This document shows positions 1-14,297 of a DNA stretch of 64,000 nucleotides, piece after piece. The notes under the pieces were generated by a model that worked only from the letters and a program-made list of their open reading frames with translations, ran no database searches and was not told where the DNA came from. Location of the stretch: assembly GCF_009914755.1 (NCBI RefSeq), contig NC_060931.1. One strand, 5' to 3'. The position numbers were made by a program, and so were the translations under genes. How positions within the stretch are numbered: the first letter of the stretch is position 1; every line of letters begins with the position of its first letter. The stretch is from the human T2T-CHM13v2.0 reference genome, Homo sapiens.

Positions 1-1440
1 GGATTTCTATTTATTGTTTCTATTTTTTGTCAAACTCATTTTATAAATGCATTGTTTTCCAAATTTTATTTAATTTATTAACCCATACTTTCTTGTAGTT
101 CACTGAACTTATTTATAAGTATTATTCAAATTATGTTTCTGTTGTTTCATAGATCTCCCTTTCTTTAGAGTTCATTCTTGGATCTTTGTTAGTTTCTCTT
201 AGAGGTGTCATGATTTTCTGAGTCTTTGTAATGCCTGTGTTGTTGCTTTGACATCTACACATTTGAGGAGGCTCCTTTTGCAGCTTTTACAAGTGTTCTT
301 TGGCAGGGATAGTCCTTCACTATTTAGTCTAGCCTATGATTCTGGATAAGCCAGCTGGTAGGCCCTGGGCAGGAAGAGGTTGCTTTTAGTTTCTGTAGAT
401 GCCTGGACTGCTGTCTTTGCTTTGGGTTTGGGTGGGAGACATGGCTGAGATCTGCTATTCAGCAAAACTACTGGCTGAGCTCTGCAATCAGGCTGAGTTG
501 CTGGATGGGCCCTACAATCACCTCTGATTAAGCTGGCCATAGGGTGTATTCCCTGGCCAGGTGGCACTATTCTTTGGGTTCAGCAGCTGGACAGGATTGC
601 AAGAGGGGCCCTGAGGTTAGGTGGAGTTGCTGATCAGAATGGATGGGACCAGTTTCTATGCACATTAGAAATGCATGTTTGAGTTTTGCCTCTCTGTCTG
701 GGCTGGACCATGGAGTGGGCTTTGAGGCTTATCTGAGGGTTGTTTAAACTTCCAGGTGTGGCAGATCTAGCTCCTAATCTTTGCCAAAAATTGCTGCACT
801 GGCCATCTCCCTCCCTGGCTAGGGCCCCAGGACAGGGTCAGAGCTGATCCTGGAGACTAGCTATCTAAGATTTTAAGCCACGTAGTACATCCCTCTACTT
901 CTGAGAGTGACCAGCTCAGCTTTGCACGTGGGCCATGCTGTTAGCTGGTACCTCTGATCAGGAATCACTGCTGCCAACTACAAAGACTTACCACCAAGAT
1001 CTTCATAGTGGTTGTTGCTGCAGGCTCTACCTTCTCAGTTTGTTTCTACTCGACCCCAGGTGGCCTATCTGTGCCGTTCCTCACTGTGTTTCTCTTCAGA
1101 TGAGACTCAAGTGGGCTTCCTGGGAAGCATCTCAGAATGATAGAGTCTGGATTTCCACTTCCAGTTCTCTTTTTCCTCCATAGTAATCATGATCCTAGGA
1201 AATTCTCTCTGTGGTGCTGTGCCTTCTTGGGGGAGAGAGAGGTATAATGTGATGAAAGTGGGATTATTTCTCTTACCCTTTCCATGCATTTTTTTATATA
1301 TATACAACTCTGTTGACCATGGAGGTGACTCAGGCTTATTCCCAATTTCACCAAGATGTTCTTATCTGTATGTCATTGCTAGTTGAAATTTATGCAATGA
1401 GTAGCAAAGCTTTCTCTTTTACCGTTTTGCTGATATCCTG
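1..1440 (-). mobile_element. Old LINE-1 (L1M-type) 5' region fragment
   Basis: T-rich L1-like sequence. It ends in GTTTTGCTGATATC (~1425-1438), the reverse complement of the GATATCAGCAA 5'-end motif also seen at the L1M start at ~10437. Confidence 0.6.
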
Positions 1441-1499
1441 GTTCCTAATTTGCAATGGTGATATACTGCTATGCACCTTATTGAATTCTATGTATTAAT

Positions 1500-1565
1500 A
1501 CTTGTAAAAATAATTATAACACTGCTGGTGCATAGTAAGCAGTAAATAAATGTTAGCTCTTATGA
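1500..1565 (+). mobile_element. MIR 3' fragment
   Basis: CTGGTGCATAGTAAGCAGTAAATAAATGTTAGCT matches the MIR/L2 3' tail. Confidence 0.55.
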
Positions 1566-3156
1566 TTTTGGGGGCACTGATATTCTGTTTCAGATGGAAA
1601 AACATATAGTTATTAGTCTACTAATTTTAGTATTCTGTTACCATCAGTGTTAAAATTAGTAAATATTACAGATGGGCTCTGGCCTAAAATATTCTCTATA
1701 CATTTTGGTACTATTTTGGAGACTACCTTTACAGTAATGATAATGATTATTATATTTTCATGAATATTCTAATGGAACATTTGGAAAGAGTAAATTAAAA
1801 ATATATTGTCTGATACTATATTCTGTTAATCCAAACCTTCCAAGTCAAGTTTTCAGCAAAACCATTAAGTAGAAAATACATGTCTTTATAATGTTCTTAT
1901 ACTACTCCCTCCTTTAAATATTTTTCCCAAAACATCATTTGGATAAATAATCTTCTCTTAACAATAAAGAACCTCTTGTTCTGCCATGTAACAGTTAATC
2001 AGTTAAGCCAAGTCCTTTCCACATAATTTCCAGGTGAGAAAGTCGCCCATATATATTAAGGAATGGCACCAAGAAAATAAACATTTCTAGCCTGGAATAT
2101 CTAGGATAGGACACAGGTAAATGAACACTCATAGGTTAATAACCTTATCACTCAGTATAGCCGAAAGCACATCTCAATCTCAAATCTCTCCCTTTGGTAT
2201 GTTTCAGGACCAAATGTCTTTTCATGAACATATTAGGTTCTGTTTATATTTTTATCACAGCTCACTTATTACAATCTGTTTGCCAGCACTTTTATCAATG
2301 TCTTAGTTAACATAAACCTTTATTATTACTCATAAAATTACCAAGACTAAATATGTATTTAGCTATCTTACTGTGGCTATGAATTTTACAAGGTGACTAT
2401 CTGTTGCATAAAATAATATTTATCTTACTATGCTCTAAATTTACTACCCTCTTAATTTCCTTCGGTGTCTCCATGAGAAACTTTATACCCAGGCATTTGG
2501 AAAGCTACACTCATTTATCCTGTTGCTCATAACTCATTTAAAAACCATAACATTTATGCTCTCACCAATTGCTGAGAGCTGCCCTAGACCTTAGCAGGTT
2601 TAAATGCCAAATTTTAAAACCACAATTAAAATATTTCATCAATTCATGAGGCTTATCTCGTTCTTCTTCATAAGTGCTTGCAATATCGTGGATCTTTTTT
2701 GTCATATTCTGCACATTTTGTTTAAGCATACTAACACATGAGATTATTCCAATAATTGTTCATTTAGGTGTTAAATTATGCTTAAAATAACCAAAGTAAA
2801 CATATTTATACTGAATTTTGAACAATTGTCTCTGTACAACTTATATAAGATTTCCTCAACTTGTCTTCATTACAAAAAAATCTTAATGGAAAATCCTAGT
2901 TATATCCTAATATATGAACTATAGCTATTTCTTGGTGGTATTTTTTTCTCAATGATTTCTACATTTTTATCTGTCTTCTTTCATCATTCCTTTAATTTTT
3001 ACTGTGAATTTAAAATATTTATAAAAGAATAATACAATTGTGAATAATAAAAATGAATTTTGTGAAAATTATCAATTTGTGGAAATTGATATTCATTTGT
3101 ATTTCTTTATCTGAAGATACTGTTCATGCTTATGTCCTTATTTTTTCTTTGTTTTT

Positions 3157-3335
3157 AGCAGCTTTTTTGAGATATAATTTCATGTATCATACTATTCATC
3201 CATTTAAAGTGTACAATTCAATAGATTTTAGTGTATCCACAGAGTTACACAATCATCATCATAATCAATTTAAGAATACATGTATCACTCTAAAAAGAAA
3301 CCTCATACCCAGGACTAATTACTCCCATTTTCCGG
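3157..3335 (-). mobile_element. L1MB/MC 3' end fragment
   Basis: GAGATATAATTTCATG...CATTTAAAGTGTACAATTCAAT is the typical antisense L1M 3' terminus. Confidence 0.7.
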
Positions 3336-3344
3336 CCAACTCCT

Positions 3345-3631
3345 AGAGTGAGAGAAGGAGATGGACAATGGAAGCAGAGGTTGGAGTGATGCAAGGAAAA
3401 AACCATGAGGCAAGGCATATAGGCAGCCCATAACCATTGAAAGAAGCCAGGAAACAAATTATCCTACAGCGTCTCCAGGAAGGCTGACAGCCCTGATGCC
3501 ACTGTGATTTTAGCCCGGTGAAATTCATGCCATACTTCTGACTACAGAACTAAAAGATGATAAATTTAAGTTATTTTTAAGCCATCAAACTTGTAATAAT
3601 TTGTTATAGCAATAGTAGGAAACTAATAGAC
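3345..3631 (+). mobile_element. MaLR LTR (MLT1 family) fragment
   Basis: Contains GGAAGCAGAGGTTGGAGTGATGC and ends TTTGTTATAGCAATAGTAGGAAACTAATAGA, the MLT1 3' terminus. Confidence 0.8.
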
Positions 3632-4104
3632 TAGGGTACAGAGAAAAATGACTTTTGTACACTGATGGTGCAGCCTGCTGAACTCATATTTAAAAATTTT
3701 TTTAGCAAATTTCTTAACACTTTCTTTGGATACGATCATGACTTCTGCAAATAGAGATAATTTTACCTCCTTGTTTTTAATCTGAATGTCTCTTACTTCT
3801 TCTTGATGAATTGTCCTGTCTGGAATCCCCTATTCAATTTTGAATCAAGTGGTAGGAATGGACATCCTTGTGTTTCTGCTCTGAGGGGATGAACATTCAG
3901 TCTTTCAACATTAAGCCTGGTGTTAGCCGTGGGTGTTTTTTCTTTATAATAGTGAAAGAATTCCCTTTATTTGTAGTTTGTTGAGTATTTTTATCATGAC
4001 CTTGGATTTTGTCAAATGCTTTTTCTGTGTCTACTCAGATAATCACGTGGTTTTTCCCTCCTATGTCTTATGGATACCTACAATTTTAAAAATCATATAT
4101 AGTG

Positions 4105-4545
4105 TGTGAATCCTGAAAATTTGAGACAGGTCTCAGTTAATTTAGAAAGTTTATTTTGCCATTGTTGAGGACGCATTCCCATGACACAGCCTCAGAAAGT
4201 CCTGACACGTGCTCAAGGTAGTTGTGCACAGCTTAGTTTTATACATTTTAGGGAGACATGAGATATCAATCAATATATGTAAGAAGTACATTGGTTGGGT
4301 CAGGAAAGGCTTGACAACTTGAAGCAAAGGCAGGAAGACTGGAAGCCGGGAGGGAGCTTCCAGGTCACAGATAGGTGAGACACAAACAGTTGCATTCTTT
4401 TGAGTTTCTTATTAGCCTTTCCAAAGGAGGCAATCAGATATGCATCTACCTCAGTGAACAGAGGGGTGACTTTGAATAGAATGGGAGGCAGGTTTGCCCT
4501 GAGCAGTTCCCAGCTTAAAGGGGCCCAAGATATTTTCCTTTCACA
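4105..4545 (-). mobile_element. ERV1 solo LTR, MER4A-like
   Basis: TG...CA termini. Contains GAGACAGGTCTCAGTTAATTTAGAAAGTTTATTTTGCC and ends GGGCCCAAGATATTTTCCTTTCACA. Near-TSD AGTG/AGTA. Confidence 0.85.
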
Positions 4546-4549
4546 AGTA

Positions 4550-5060
4550 GGATACACAAACAAGAAAATGACTTTCATGAAGCAAGAAGTTTAGTTTACT
4601 CAGAGTTCCCTAGAAGCAGGATGGATGGCCAGCCATGCAGGACACACGGGGAAGCAGTGGGGTCTGTAGGAAGACAGAGGGATGGAGGAGAAAAGTGGGT
4701 GGGAACTTTTGTTCTGGTTCCCACAAAAATCAGGCAAGGAAGGTTAAGCAGGCTTGGAATTGGATGGTTTGAATCATTTTACCAGGCTCTGAGGCTTAGG
4801 AACTGTCTTAGTAATCTAGTTGTTGGACACCTGCCCCTGGGGAATAGTGATAGACCAAGAGAAAAGGTGGGTGGATGTGTGGGCGCTGGGTGGGTTTTTT
4901 CCACAGAAAATGTGTTCTTGGAGGTGGGTGGTTTGCTATCTCTAGGGAGTGGCTAGCCCTGGAAGGACCAGTTCCTCCAGTGTCTATAAGGCCCACATGT
5001 GAAAGCATCAAAAAGAAGAAACAAACAAACAGAAAAGTAAAAAGACACATTTAATATACC
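4550..5060 (-). mobile_element. ERVL-type LTR, MER76-like (probable host of the MER4A LTR)
   Basis: CCATGCAGGACACACGGGGAAGCA...AAGCAGGCTTGGAATTGG resembles the recalled MER76 consensus. Confidence 0.55.
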
Positions 5061-5633
5061 CTACATTCTGTTAATATAGTATACTACATTAGTTGACTTT
5101 TGGATATTAAACCAATTTTGCATTCCTAGGATAAATCCCACTCCATTATGTTATATAATAATTTTTATATGTTGCTGGAATTTATTTGCTAGTAGTAGTC
5201 TATTGAATATTTTTGCGTCTGTATTAATAAAAGATATTGGGGTGTAGCTTTGTTTCTTATTTTTATTTCATTTTCCTTTTTTTCCTTTGTGATGCCTTTG
5301 GTTTTGTTATTGGGGTAATGAGGACTTCATAGAATGAGTTGGGAAGTGTACAGTATTATTCTTTTTTTTTTTTTTGAAAAGATTGTTAAGGACTGGTTTT
5401 CTTTAAATGCATGGTAGAGTTCACTCATGAAGCTCTCTGAGTCAGCTTTTTTTTTAAGTGAAGTTTTTAAGTTACCAGGCAATCTCCTCCTCTATCTCTC
5501 GATTGGCTTCCTCATGTCTAAAGCATTGAGAGTCAGTCCCACTTTACCTATGTCTCAGGACAGTTGTAAAGACTAAATAAGAAGTTATACATACTGCCTT
5601 GTGAACTAGGGGAGTCTTTCCAACATTAGGTAT

Positions 5634-5936
5634 CAAGACAGCCAAGTAAAAAGGGGTCCCTGGAGAATCTCCAACCCGCCAGCATACCGGGATGACAAGG
5701 TGGAGCCTCAGAAAGTTCATGCTGTTTGCAGCGGGGAAGAGTGTGGTCTCTCCTGTTCCTGTGTGGGAACCTAGGATTCAATCTGTTAGGCAGGACTCTC
5801 TCTCGCTTTGCTAAGAGTCCCTGTTTCCTTTTTTTTTCCTTTTCACCCAATAAACCCTGCCCTATTCACCCTACGGTGTGTCCAGGTGCCTAAATTATCC
5901 TGGTTGTGTGGCAAGGACCTGTTTTTTTCTACAACG
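5634..5936 (+). mobile_element. ERV1 solo LTR, MER61-like
   Basis: AGACAGCC...GGGGTCCCTGGAGAATCTCCAACC...TTTGCAGCGGGGAAGAG; AATAAA at ~5849; ends CTACAAC. Flanks GTAT/GCAT. Confidence 0.75.
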
Positions 5937-6514
5937 GCATCACTATGTAGAGCAGATGAATAAAAAGGAAAAATAGATTTTTAGTAAAGACAAAGTCAAT
6001 CACACAGCATGACGAACATGCAGCTGTGAAAGATTATATTAGAAGAAGAAGACACCAAATGTTTTCTCTAGATTAAATATGGATTGCATTTTTAAACACC
6101 TTAAGCACCATTTAATCCTCCATATTTTAAATAAACCGTTTAATTTTTAAAATAATTGTTCTTTGAAGAGAACACAAAAGATACAAAAAATTTACATAAG
6201 GAAATAGAAAGCATTTATAACTAATACTGATTTAGCATACTGAAGCTGCCCACAATTTATATGCATTTTTTTCACACGCACATACTATTTAGCTTTTTTT
6301 CTGACTTTTTAAACGTCTGTCTACACATCGTCAAGATCCTAAGCAAACGGCTAATTTTTGTATTTTCAATACCAGTGCTCTCTCATTTTAGTTCAAATCT
6401 CAGACACCTTTTTTTTGACCTTAGCCCACCGTTTCTTGTTCCAGCCTCTGTTCTCCTTAGGGCTCCTGGTTACCTGGTTACTGATTAATGGAAAAATATA
6501 TTCCTATAAGCACC

Positions 6515-6942
6515 TGCTTCAGCACTTGTGTTGTTAAAAAGGAATACCTGAGGCTGGGTCATTTATAAAGAAAACACATGTATTCGGCTCACGGTTTGGC
6601 AGGCTGTACTGCATGGCGCCAGCATCTGCTTCAGATGAGGCACTCAGGCTGCTTCCAGGCACCACGGAAGGTGAAGGGGAACGCACATGTGTAGAAATCA
6701 CATGGTGAGAGAGGAAGCAAGAGAGAGAGTGAAGATGCCAGGCCCTTTTTAACAACCAGCTCTCCAAGTAACTCTCTCAGGAAGAAATAGAGTAAGAGCT
6801 CAGTCACCACTGCAGGGACAGCACCAATCCATTTATGAGAGACCCACCGCCATGAGCCAAACACCTCACACTAGGCCCCACCTTCAACACTGGGGATCAC
6901 ATTTCAACATGAGATTTAGAGGGTAAAATCTAAACTGTACCA
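6515..6942 (-). mobile_element. MaLR solo LTR (MSTB-like)
   Basis: GGAATACCTGAGGCTGGG...CCAGCATCTGCTTC...GGGATCACATTTCAACATGAGATTT. Confidence 0.9.
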
Positions 6943-7662
6943 GAACCCAATTCCTGCCTGCTGCCTGGACTCACTGTTGATGCGGATAGGAGACTACAGT
7001 TAGTGGGAAAATGCTTCATGAAGACACACACACACAAATACAACCTCGTTCTTCCATGAAGGGCAGCATCATGGGTCTCTAACCTGATCCTCCTTCCTTC
7101 CCACGTTACCCCAAACCCTCCAGCACTCAGCTCCCCCATTAAGATTAACAACAATGTCTCTGCTGCTGACTCACTTTCTATGGAACCAGGCTGTTCCTGA
7201 TTTAGCTGTTCACTCCAGAGGCTCATGTGGTCTAAAATATTCGGGGAGCTCCAGGAGCCCCTGCTATGGGTCCCAGAATGGAAGGGGCAGGCTTATTTTC
7301 CTCTACCTGTCCTGTGCTCTGTCCCTGAGCATGAGTTCCTCATAGATGTGGGACGCTGAACCATGATGGGTAACACTGGACTCAGGACTGTGGGCATCCC
7401 AAATGCAGAGAAGCTGTGGCTGCCTGGTTTTATGAATCTTTAAGTTGGAGTGCTGGAAACAGGGAGGCCTAAATCCCACCTATGTACAGGACTAGACCCT
7501 CAGCAGCTAATTGTGTGTTTGCTTCCTCCTTCGCTGTCTCTTCTTTTGGTGGAAATCCTTTCCAAAATCTAGAAATAAGTGCACTGGTAACCTCTGGTAA
7601 CCTTTACCTTCTTTGTTGTGACTCTCAGCTTTTTTTTCCTATCCCTTCCCAAGTGGTAGCAC

Positions 7663-7947
7663 TTTTCTTTGAGATGGGGTCCCAGTCTCTTGCCCAGGCT
7701 GCAAAGCAAGTGACGCAATCATAGCTCACTGCAGCCTGGACCTCACAGGCTCAAGCGACCCTCCCACCTAAACCTCTGGAGTAGCGAAGACTACAGATGC
7801 TGCATTTTGTTGTTGTTGTAGAGATGAGGGGTAGGGGGGCTCACTACATTGCCCAGGCTGATCTGGAACTCCTGGCATCAAACAGTCCTCTTGTCTCAGC
7901 CTCCCAAAGCACTGGGATTACATGTGCTTGCCACCACGCCCAGCCCA
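7663..7947 (-). mobile_element. AluJ
   Basis: Diverged dimeric Alu with ATCATAGCTCACTGCAGCC and GGCTCAAGCG. Decayed TSD CAAGTGGTAG/CAGGTGGAAG. Confidence 0.9.
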
Positions 7948-8955
7948 GGTGGAAGAATATTTTGAGAATCCACTGCTGTCTGGATCTATTTTATCCTGGA
8001 AGTTTAAATCACGTTTTTTGTATGTGGGGAGAAAATATTCATTTGGCTGGATGAGATGAACTGTGGCACCAAATTTTTAATATGGTGTGATTTTTAATAG
8101 TAAAATGGCAAAATGAATGACTTCCTATAATTACTTTTACTATGTCACAAATAATTTGGCACAATGGCAAAAAGAGCAATTCAGAATGATTCCCAGAAAA
8201 TTGACTAATACAATACTATTGCATTTTAATAAAAATAATTATCTGCTTTAAATACTTACTGATTTATTTTAAATGTAAATCCATACAACATAATAATGCA
8301 TTCTTATCCTTGCTGTTAATTCATCAAATACTATGCATTCAGGTATTATGCTTCAAGTTCATATCAAGATCTTAAGCATTCATTATCAAGTCAAAATAAA
8401 CATGAATTGGTACCAGAAAAAACTTCCACTGGCTTTCATAAAAGTTGCTTTAAAATTTAGCACTCAGAGGATAATCAAAAGAACTAGTGCTCTATATTTA
8501 GAAACCAATTCCCTATTTGAAATATGGACAGATAAAATGACTTCAAGGAAATGTTTGTAATTATTGTACGAACATGCTTCAATATTCAGCATGTTAAGGG
8601 AATGCAACAAAATCTAAAGCAATAGAATTTCAAAATCAAAGTTACTATTCCACCATTATTAGTATTCTAATGGTCCCTTGCCAACAACATACCAGGAAAT
8701 TTTTAAAAGCTTCGCACACAGAAACAAGAAATGAATGCTTTTTATCATTACTAAATGAGAAAGCCACAGAAAAGGGTTTAAATATCCAAGGTAAAATATA
8801 TAACAATCCCGACTTCCAAAATAACTCTATTACAAGCATTTATAAAAACAAGTATATTTGGTATTTTTAGAAGGAATAAAAAAGTTCATACTATCTTTGG
8901 AATTTGAACATAAAATACAGCTTTTATAGTCATATAACAACTTTTTGTTCTGAGA

Positions 8956-9262
<307 letters not shown>

Positions 9263-12200
9263 TAAACTTCTAAATTCTTCAGTATTTATTACGGTGAATT
9301 TTAGTGTGGCTAATATTTTTTGTTTATTATGATTGGTTATTTTAATATTAAAATACTATTATAATAAATAAAATAGGTTATTTTAATGTTAAACTATTTA
9401 AAAATTTATATCTTATATTACTTATTTTACAAGTATTGTAACTACCTAGACGTGACTATATTGAGCAGTTCAGAAACATTTTCAAATACATAGACATTTA
9501 TGGTTAAAAAGTTAAATGTATTTCTTTCTATTAAATTGTGCTACAGCAACACAGAATGAAGTGGAAAGTAAAATAGATCCTCTTGCTATCAATATAGTCT
9601 ATCATTGGGTCCAGTATTAAATTTTTGCTGTGGCAATGTGAACTATTTTGTTCATGTATGTCATCTACTTTATTTTTCATTAGGATTTCCCTCATTCTCA
9701 CTATCTGCGCCTTCCTTTGTTGTGTGTTGTGGGTAAGCTGAAGAGAAATCAAGTGATGTCATATCAAAGCAGAGGACTGCCAAAATGGTATTAATTCTTA
9801 ATAAAATAATGAAATTTTTTAATTTCAATGATTTTAAAGAAGACATGGGGCATGTTCTCCTATATCCTATGTCACTTTCAAATTTAATCAGTCAGAAACA
9901 TTTAACCATAGCTTCCAGTGTCTTAACTACTTCTTCATTCTCAAATACTGAATCCTAGATTTTGCCCCTTGTACCTGAGACAGTCTAGCTAGCTTGTAGC
10001 TGACTTCCTGCCAAGTTTCTTCCACATTCATAGCATATGTGTTAATTCTTCCTAGTGTGTTTTCTTAATTTTGCCGTTCCTTGATGAGTAATTTATAGTG
10101 ACTTCCTCTCCCACATAGTTTTTTATTAATAAGAATGAACAACAAATTTATTAGGTCTGAGATCCAAATTCAGGTGTCTATAACCCTCAGAGTAAAATAT
10201 TTCTCTATTCTGAGCAATGTGTTTAAAAAATATATTAAATTATTGTGGAACGTACATATTAAATTATCTTTATTTCAGTGTTACTTGAATATACACAACA
10301 TAAACTGCAAATTTCTCAGGCTTTGGATTTCTGTGAAAATATAGAGTTAAAGCAATTTAGTAAATTAATGCAAACAAAATTAAAATCATATTAAATCAAT
10401 AAAATGAAGATGCTTAAAACCACTGCTAGTGGTGGTGATATCAGCAAGATGACAGAATAGGAGCATTTTGCTGTTATCTCTGCACAGAAGCATCAATTTT
10501 GACAGCCACTGGCAGATGAGAGTCCCTATGTGAAAGTCCAGGAGTCAAATCCGGAAAATTCAACACACTATGGAGCAAAAAGTCTGAGAACAGATGGATT
10601 AAAGAGGATACTTTATTCCTGTCACCCCTCCCACAGGCGGCACAGCTCGGTGTCAACGAACACTCTTGACACACGATTTCCTTCACAGGATAAAGTGTGA
10701 GCACAGGATAAAGCTGAGTGAGCACTCAGCTTTCCCAGCTATGCGAGATGCTGCCCGAAAAACCCACTTTTTCTCACCCCACCCAGAATGCTGAGGTAAT
10801 CAGCATGGTTGGGAAGGGCTGGGAGCAGAGAACAGAGAAGACATAGCAACAGAGGCTCAGAACTCAACCAAAGCTGGATCCTACTAACCACTTAGTGTAC
10901 TACATCAGTTAAGTCCACACATGAGCCACTTCAAAAAAACTTACCTTGGACCTGCCAAGGCCTCACAGGCATACCCAATGCATCACACACCTCACTCCCT
11001 GTCACCCCATGACTGGCTCCCCACACAGTGCAGCAGAGAGCAATTGTGAGTCTCTACATATAGCTCCCGAGCATGCTTAGACAGTGGGCTTAACATTGTG
11101 AGATGCGAAGGAGGACACAAAGTTATGTATTGCAAGGCACCACTCCAGGGAAAAACAGACAGAAAACATCAAGCAACTACCCTGGCTTTGCAGGATTGAG
11201 AGAAGGCATATAATCATAAAAATTATTTTTCAAAAGGGATCAAAAAGTATGGAGAAGATAATCCATAGAAAAGGTCAGAAAGAGCCTAAGAATCTCTAGC
11301 CAGGCTGAGATATGAAGGTGTCTCTGTCCTGAAGCCAGTCAGTAAAGAGGAGAGAAGATTACTTGTTCTTCAAATGCAAGGACAGCAAGGCAAGACTGAA
11401 AGGAATACAAAAAAATCAAGGAACCATGACACCACCAAAGGAGCACAAATTTCTAATAACCAAACACAAAAATTTGAGACCTATAAATTGCCTTACACAG
11501 AATTCAAAACAATTTTAAAGAAGTTCAATGAGTTACGAAAGAATACAGATAAACAACTCAACAAAAAGCAGAAAAATAGTATATGAACAAACAGGATATT
11601 CAACAAAGAGATAGAAAGTATAAAAAGAATCAAACAGAAACTCTGGAGCTGAAGAATACATTGAAAGAAATAAAATATGCAATTGAGAGTTTCAACAGCA
11701 GACTGGATAGAGCAGAAGAGAGAATGTATACATTCAAAGACAGGTCACATGAAATAATCCAGAGGACAAAAAAAATAAAAGAAGTAGAATTTGGGAAGCC
11801 TATGGAATACATGGAACCCTATGAATAAAATTATCCAGTCAATGTAGAAAAAGATAAAAGAATGACAAGGATGAAAATAAAAGCCTATGGAATTTATTAG
11901 ATTATTGAGAGACCTGATATATGAATTATGGAAGTCCCAGGAGTAAAAGAGAGAAGACTCAAATAAATAAACTCAGAAAAAAAAGAAAAACATTGCAACT
12001 AATAGCACAGAAATCACAAATATAAGGGACTATTATGAACAATTATAACCCAATAATTGGATAACCTAGAATAAATGGATAAATTATTAGAAATATGCAA
12101 ACTACCAACAGTGAATCATGAAGAAAAAAGTCCAAAGAGGGCAATAATAAATATAGAGATTGAATCAGTAATCAAAAACCCACAACAAAGAAAAACTCAG

Positions 12201-12347
12201 GACCTGACTGCTTTACTGGTGAGTTCTACTAAACATTTAAATAATTAAAAGCAGTCCTCAACTCTTCTGAAATGTTGTCAAGGAGTAAACACATCCAAAC
12301 TCCTTTTACAAGGCCAATATTACCTAGACATCAAAACCAGACAAAGT

Positions 12348-12630
<283 letters not shown>

Positions 12631-14297
12631 CTAAGCCAAATTCAAAGCTACATTAAAGGGATCGTACATTATGATAAGTAAAAAGTGATTTACCCCTGGG
12701 ATGCAGGGATGGTTTGATCTGTGCAAATTAATAAATGTAATACACTACCTTAATATAATGAAGGATTATGTCATATGATCATCTTAATAGATGCATAAAA
12801 AGCATCTGATAAAACTCATCATCCTTTCATTATACAAACTCTCAACAAATTAGATATACATGGAAATGTACTACAAAATAATAAAGAACATATATGACTA
12901 TAGCTAGCAACATACTCAGTGAAGAAAAACTAAATTTTTTTCTCTAAAATTATCAACAAGACAAGGTGTCCACTCTCATTACCTCTACTCAGTAAAATAC
13001 TAGAAATCATAGCCAAAGCAATTAGGCAAAAAGGGAGAAAAAAAGAAATAAAAGACAACCGCATTGGAAGTCAATAAGTAAAATATTCTGTGTTTGCAGA
13101 CGGCATTAACTTATGTACAGAAAGCACTAAAAACTCCACCAAAAACTGTTAGATCCACAAATTTAGTAAAGTTAATTTGGTAATTTAGTTGATTTAGCAA
13201 AATCAACATACATAAACTAGTTGTGTTTCTATACATGTACAAAGAACTATCTGAAAAATAAGGTAAGAAAACAAACTCACAACATAAAAAATTATAAAAT
13301 GCTTAGAAATTTAACCAAGATGGTAAAAATCTGTCCACTGAAAACTTTACAATATAGATTACAAGACTGAAGAAGACACAAATAAATAGAAAGATACCTC
13401 ATGCTCATAGATTGGAAGAATACATATTGGCAAAATATCCATAGTACCTAAAGTGATCTACATATTCAATGCAATTCCTATCAAAATTCCAGTGACATTT
13501 TTCACAGAAATAGAAAAAAATTAAAATTTGAATGGAACCCCAAAGACCCTGAATAGCTAAAACAATCTTGAGCAACAACCAAGCTATAGTCGTCACATTT
13601 CCTGATTTCAAATTATATTACAAAACTATAGTAATTAAAACAGTATGGTACTGGCATGAAAACAGACCAATGAAACAGAATAGAAAGCCCAGAAATAAAC
13701 CCACTCATGTATGGTCAATGACTCTTTGAAAAGTTTCCAAGAATATATACAATGTGGAACAGCTAGTCCCTTCAATATATGGGGTTGGGAAAACAGGATA
13801 TTCACGTGCAAAAGAATAAAATTGGACCCTTGTCTTAAACCACACACAAACATAAACTCAAAGTGGGTTAAAGACATAAAGGTAAGACCTGAAACTGTGA
13901 AACTCCTAGAAGAAAACAATATAGAAAAACTTCTTGATATTAGTCTCAAAAAATGTCTTTTGGATATGACATCAAAACAAAGGCAACAGAAGCAAAAATG
14001 AACAAGTGGGACTACATCAAACTAAAATGTTTTTGTATGTCAAACGAAACATACAATAAAATGAAAAGGCAACCTATGAAAAGGGAGAAAACATTTTCAA
14101 ACCATGTATCCAATAAGGTGTTAATATGAAAATATAATAAAGAACTCATACAACTTAATAGAAAAAGAGACAAATAATTGATTAAAAATAAGCAAAGGTC
14201 CTAAATAGGTATTTCTTAGAAGAAGACAAACAAATGGCCAAGGGATAATTAAAGCCAAAATGAAATATCACCTCACCTGTTAGAATCACTAAACTAA

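Larger units (their letters stand above)
3635..5480 (-). mobile_element. L1M ORF2 fragment interrupted by nested LTRs (~4075-5060)
   Basis: Antisense ORF2-like sequence (GGACATCCTTG..., GGATTTTGTCAAATGCTTTTTCTG) resumes after ~5060 (CATTCCTAGGATAAATCCCAC). Confidence 0.7.
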
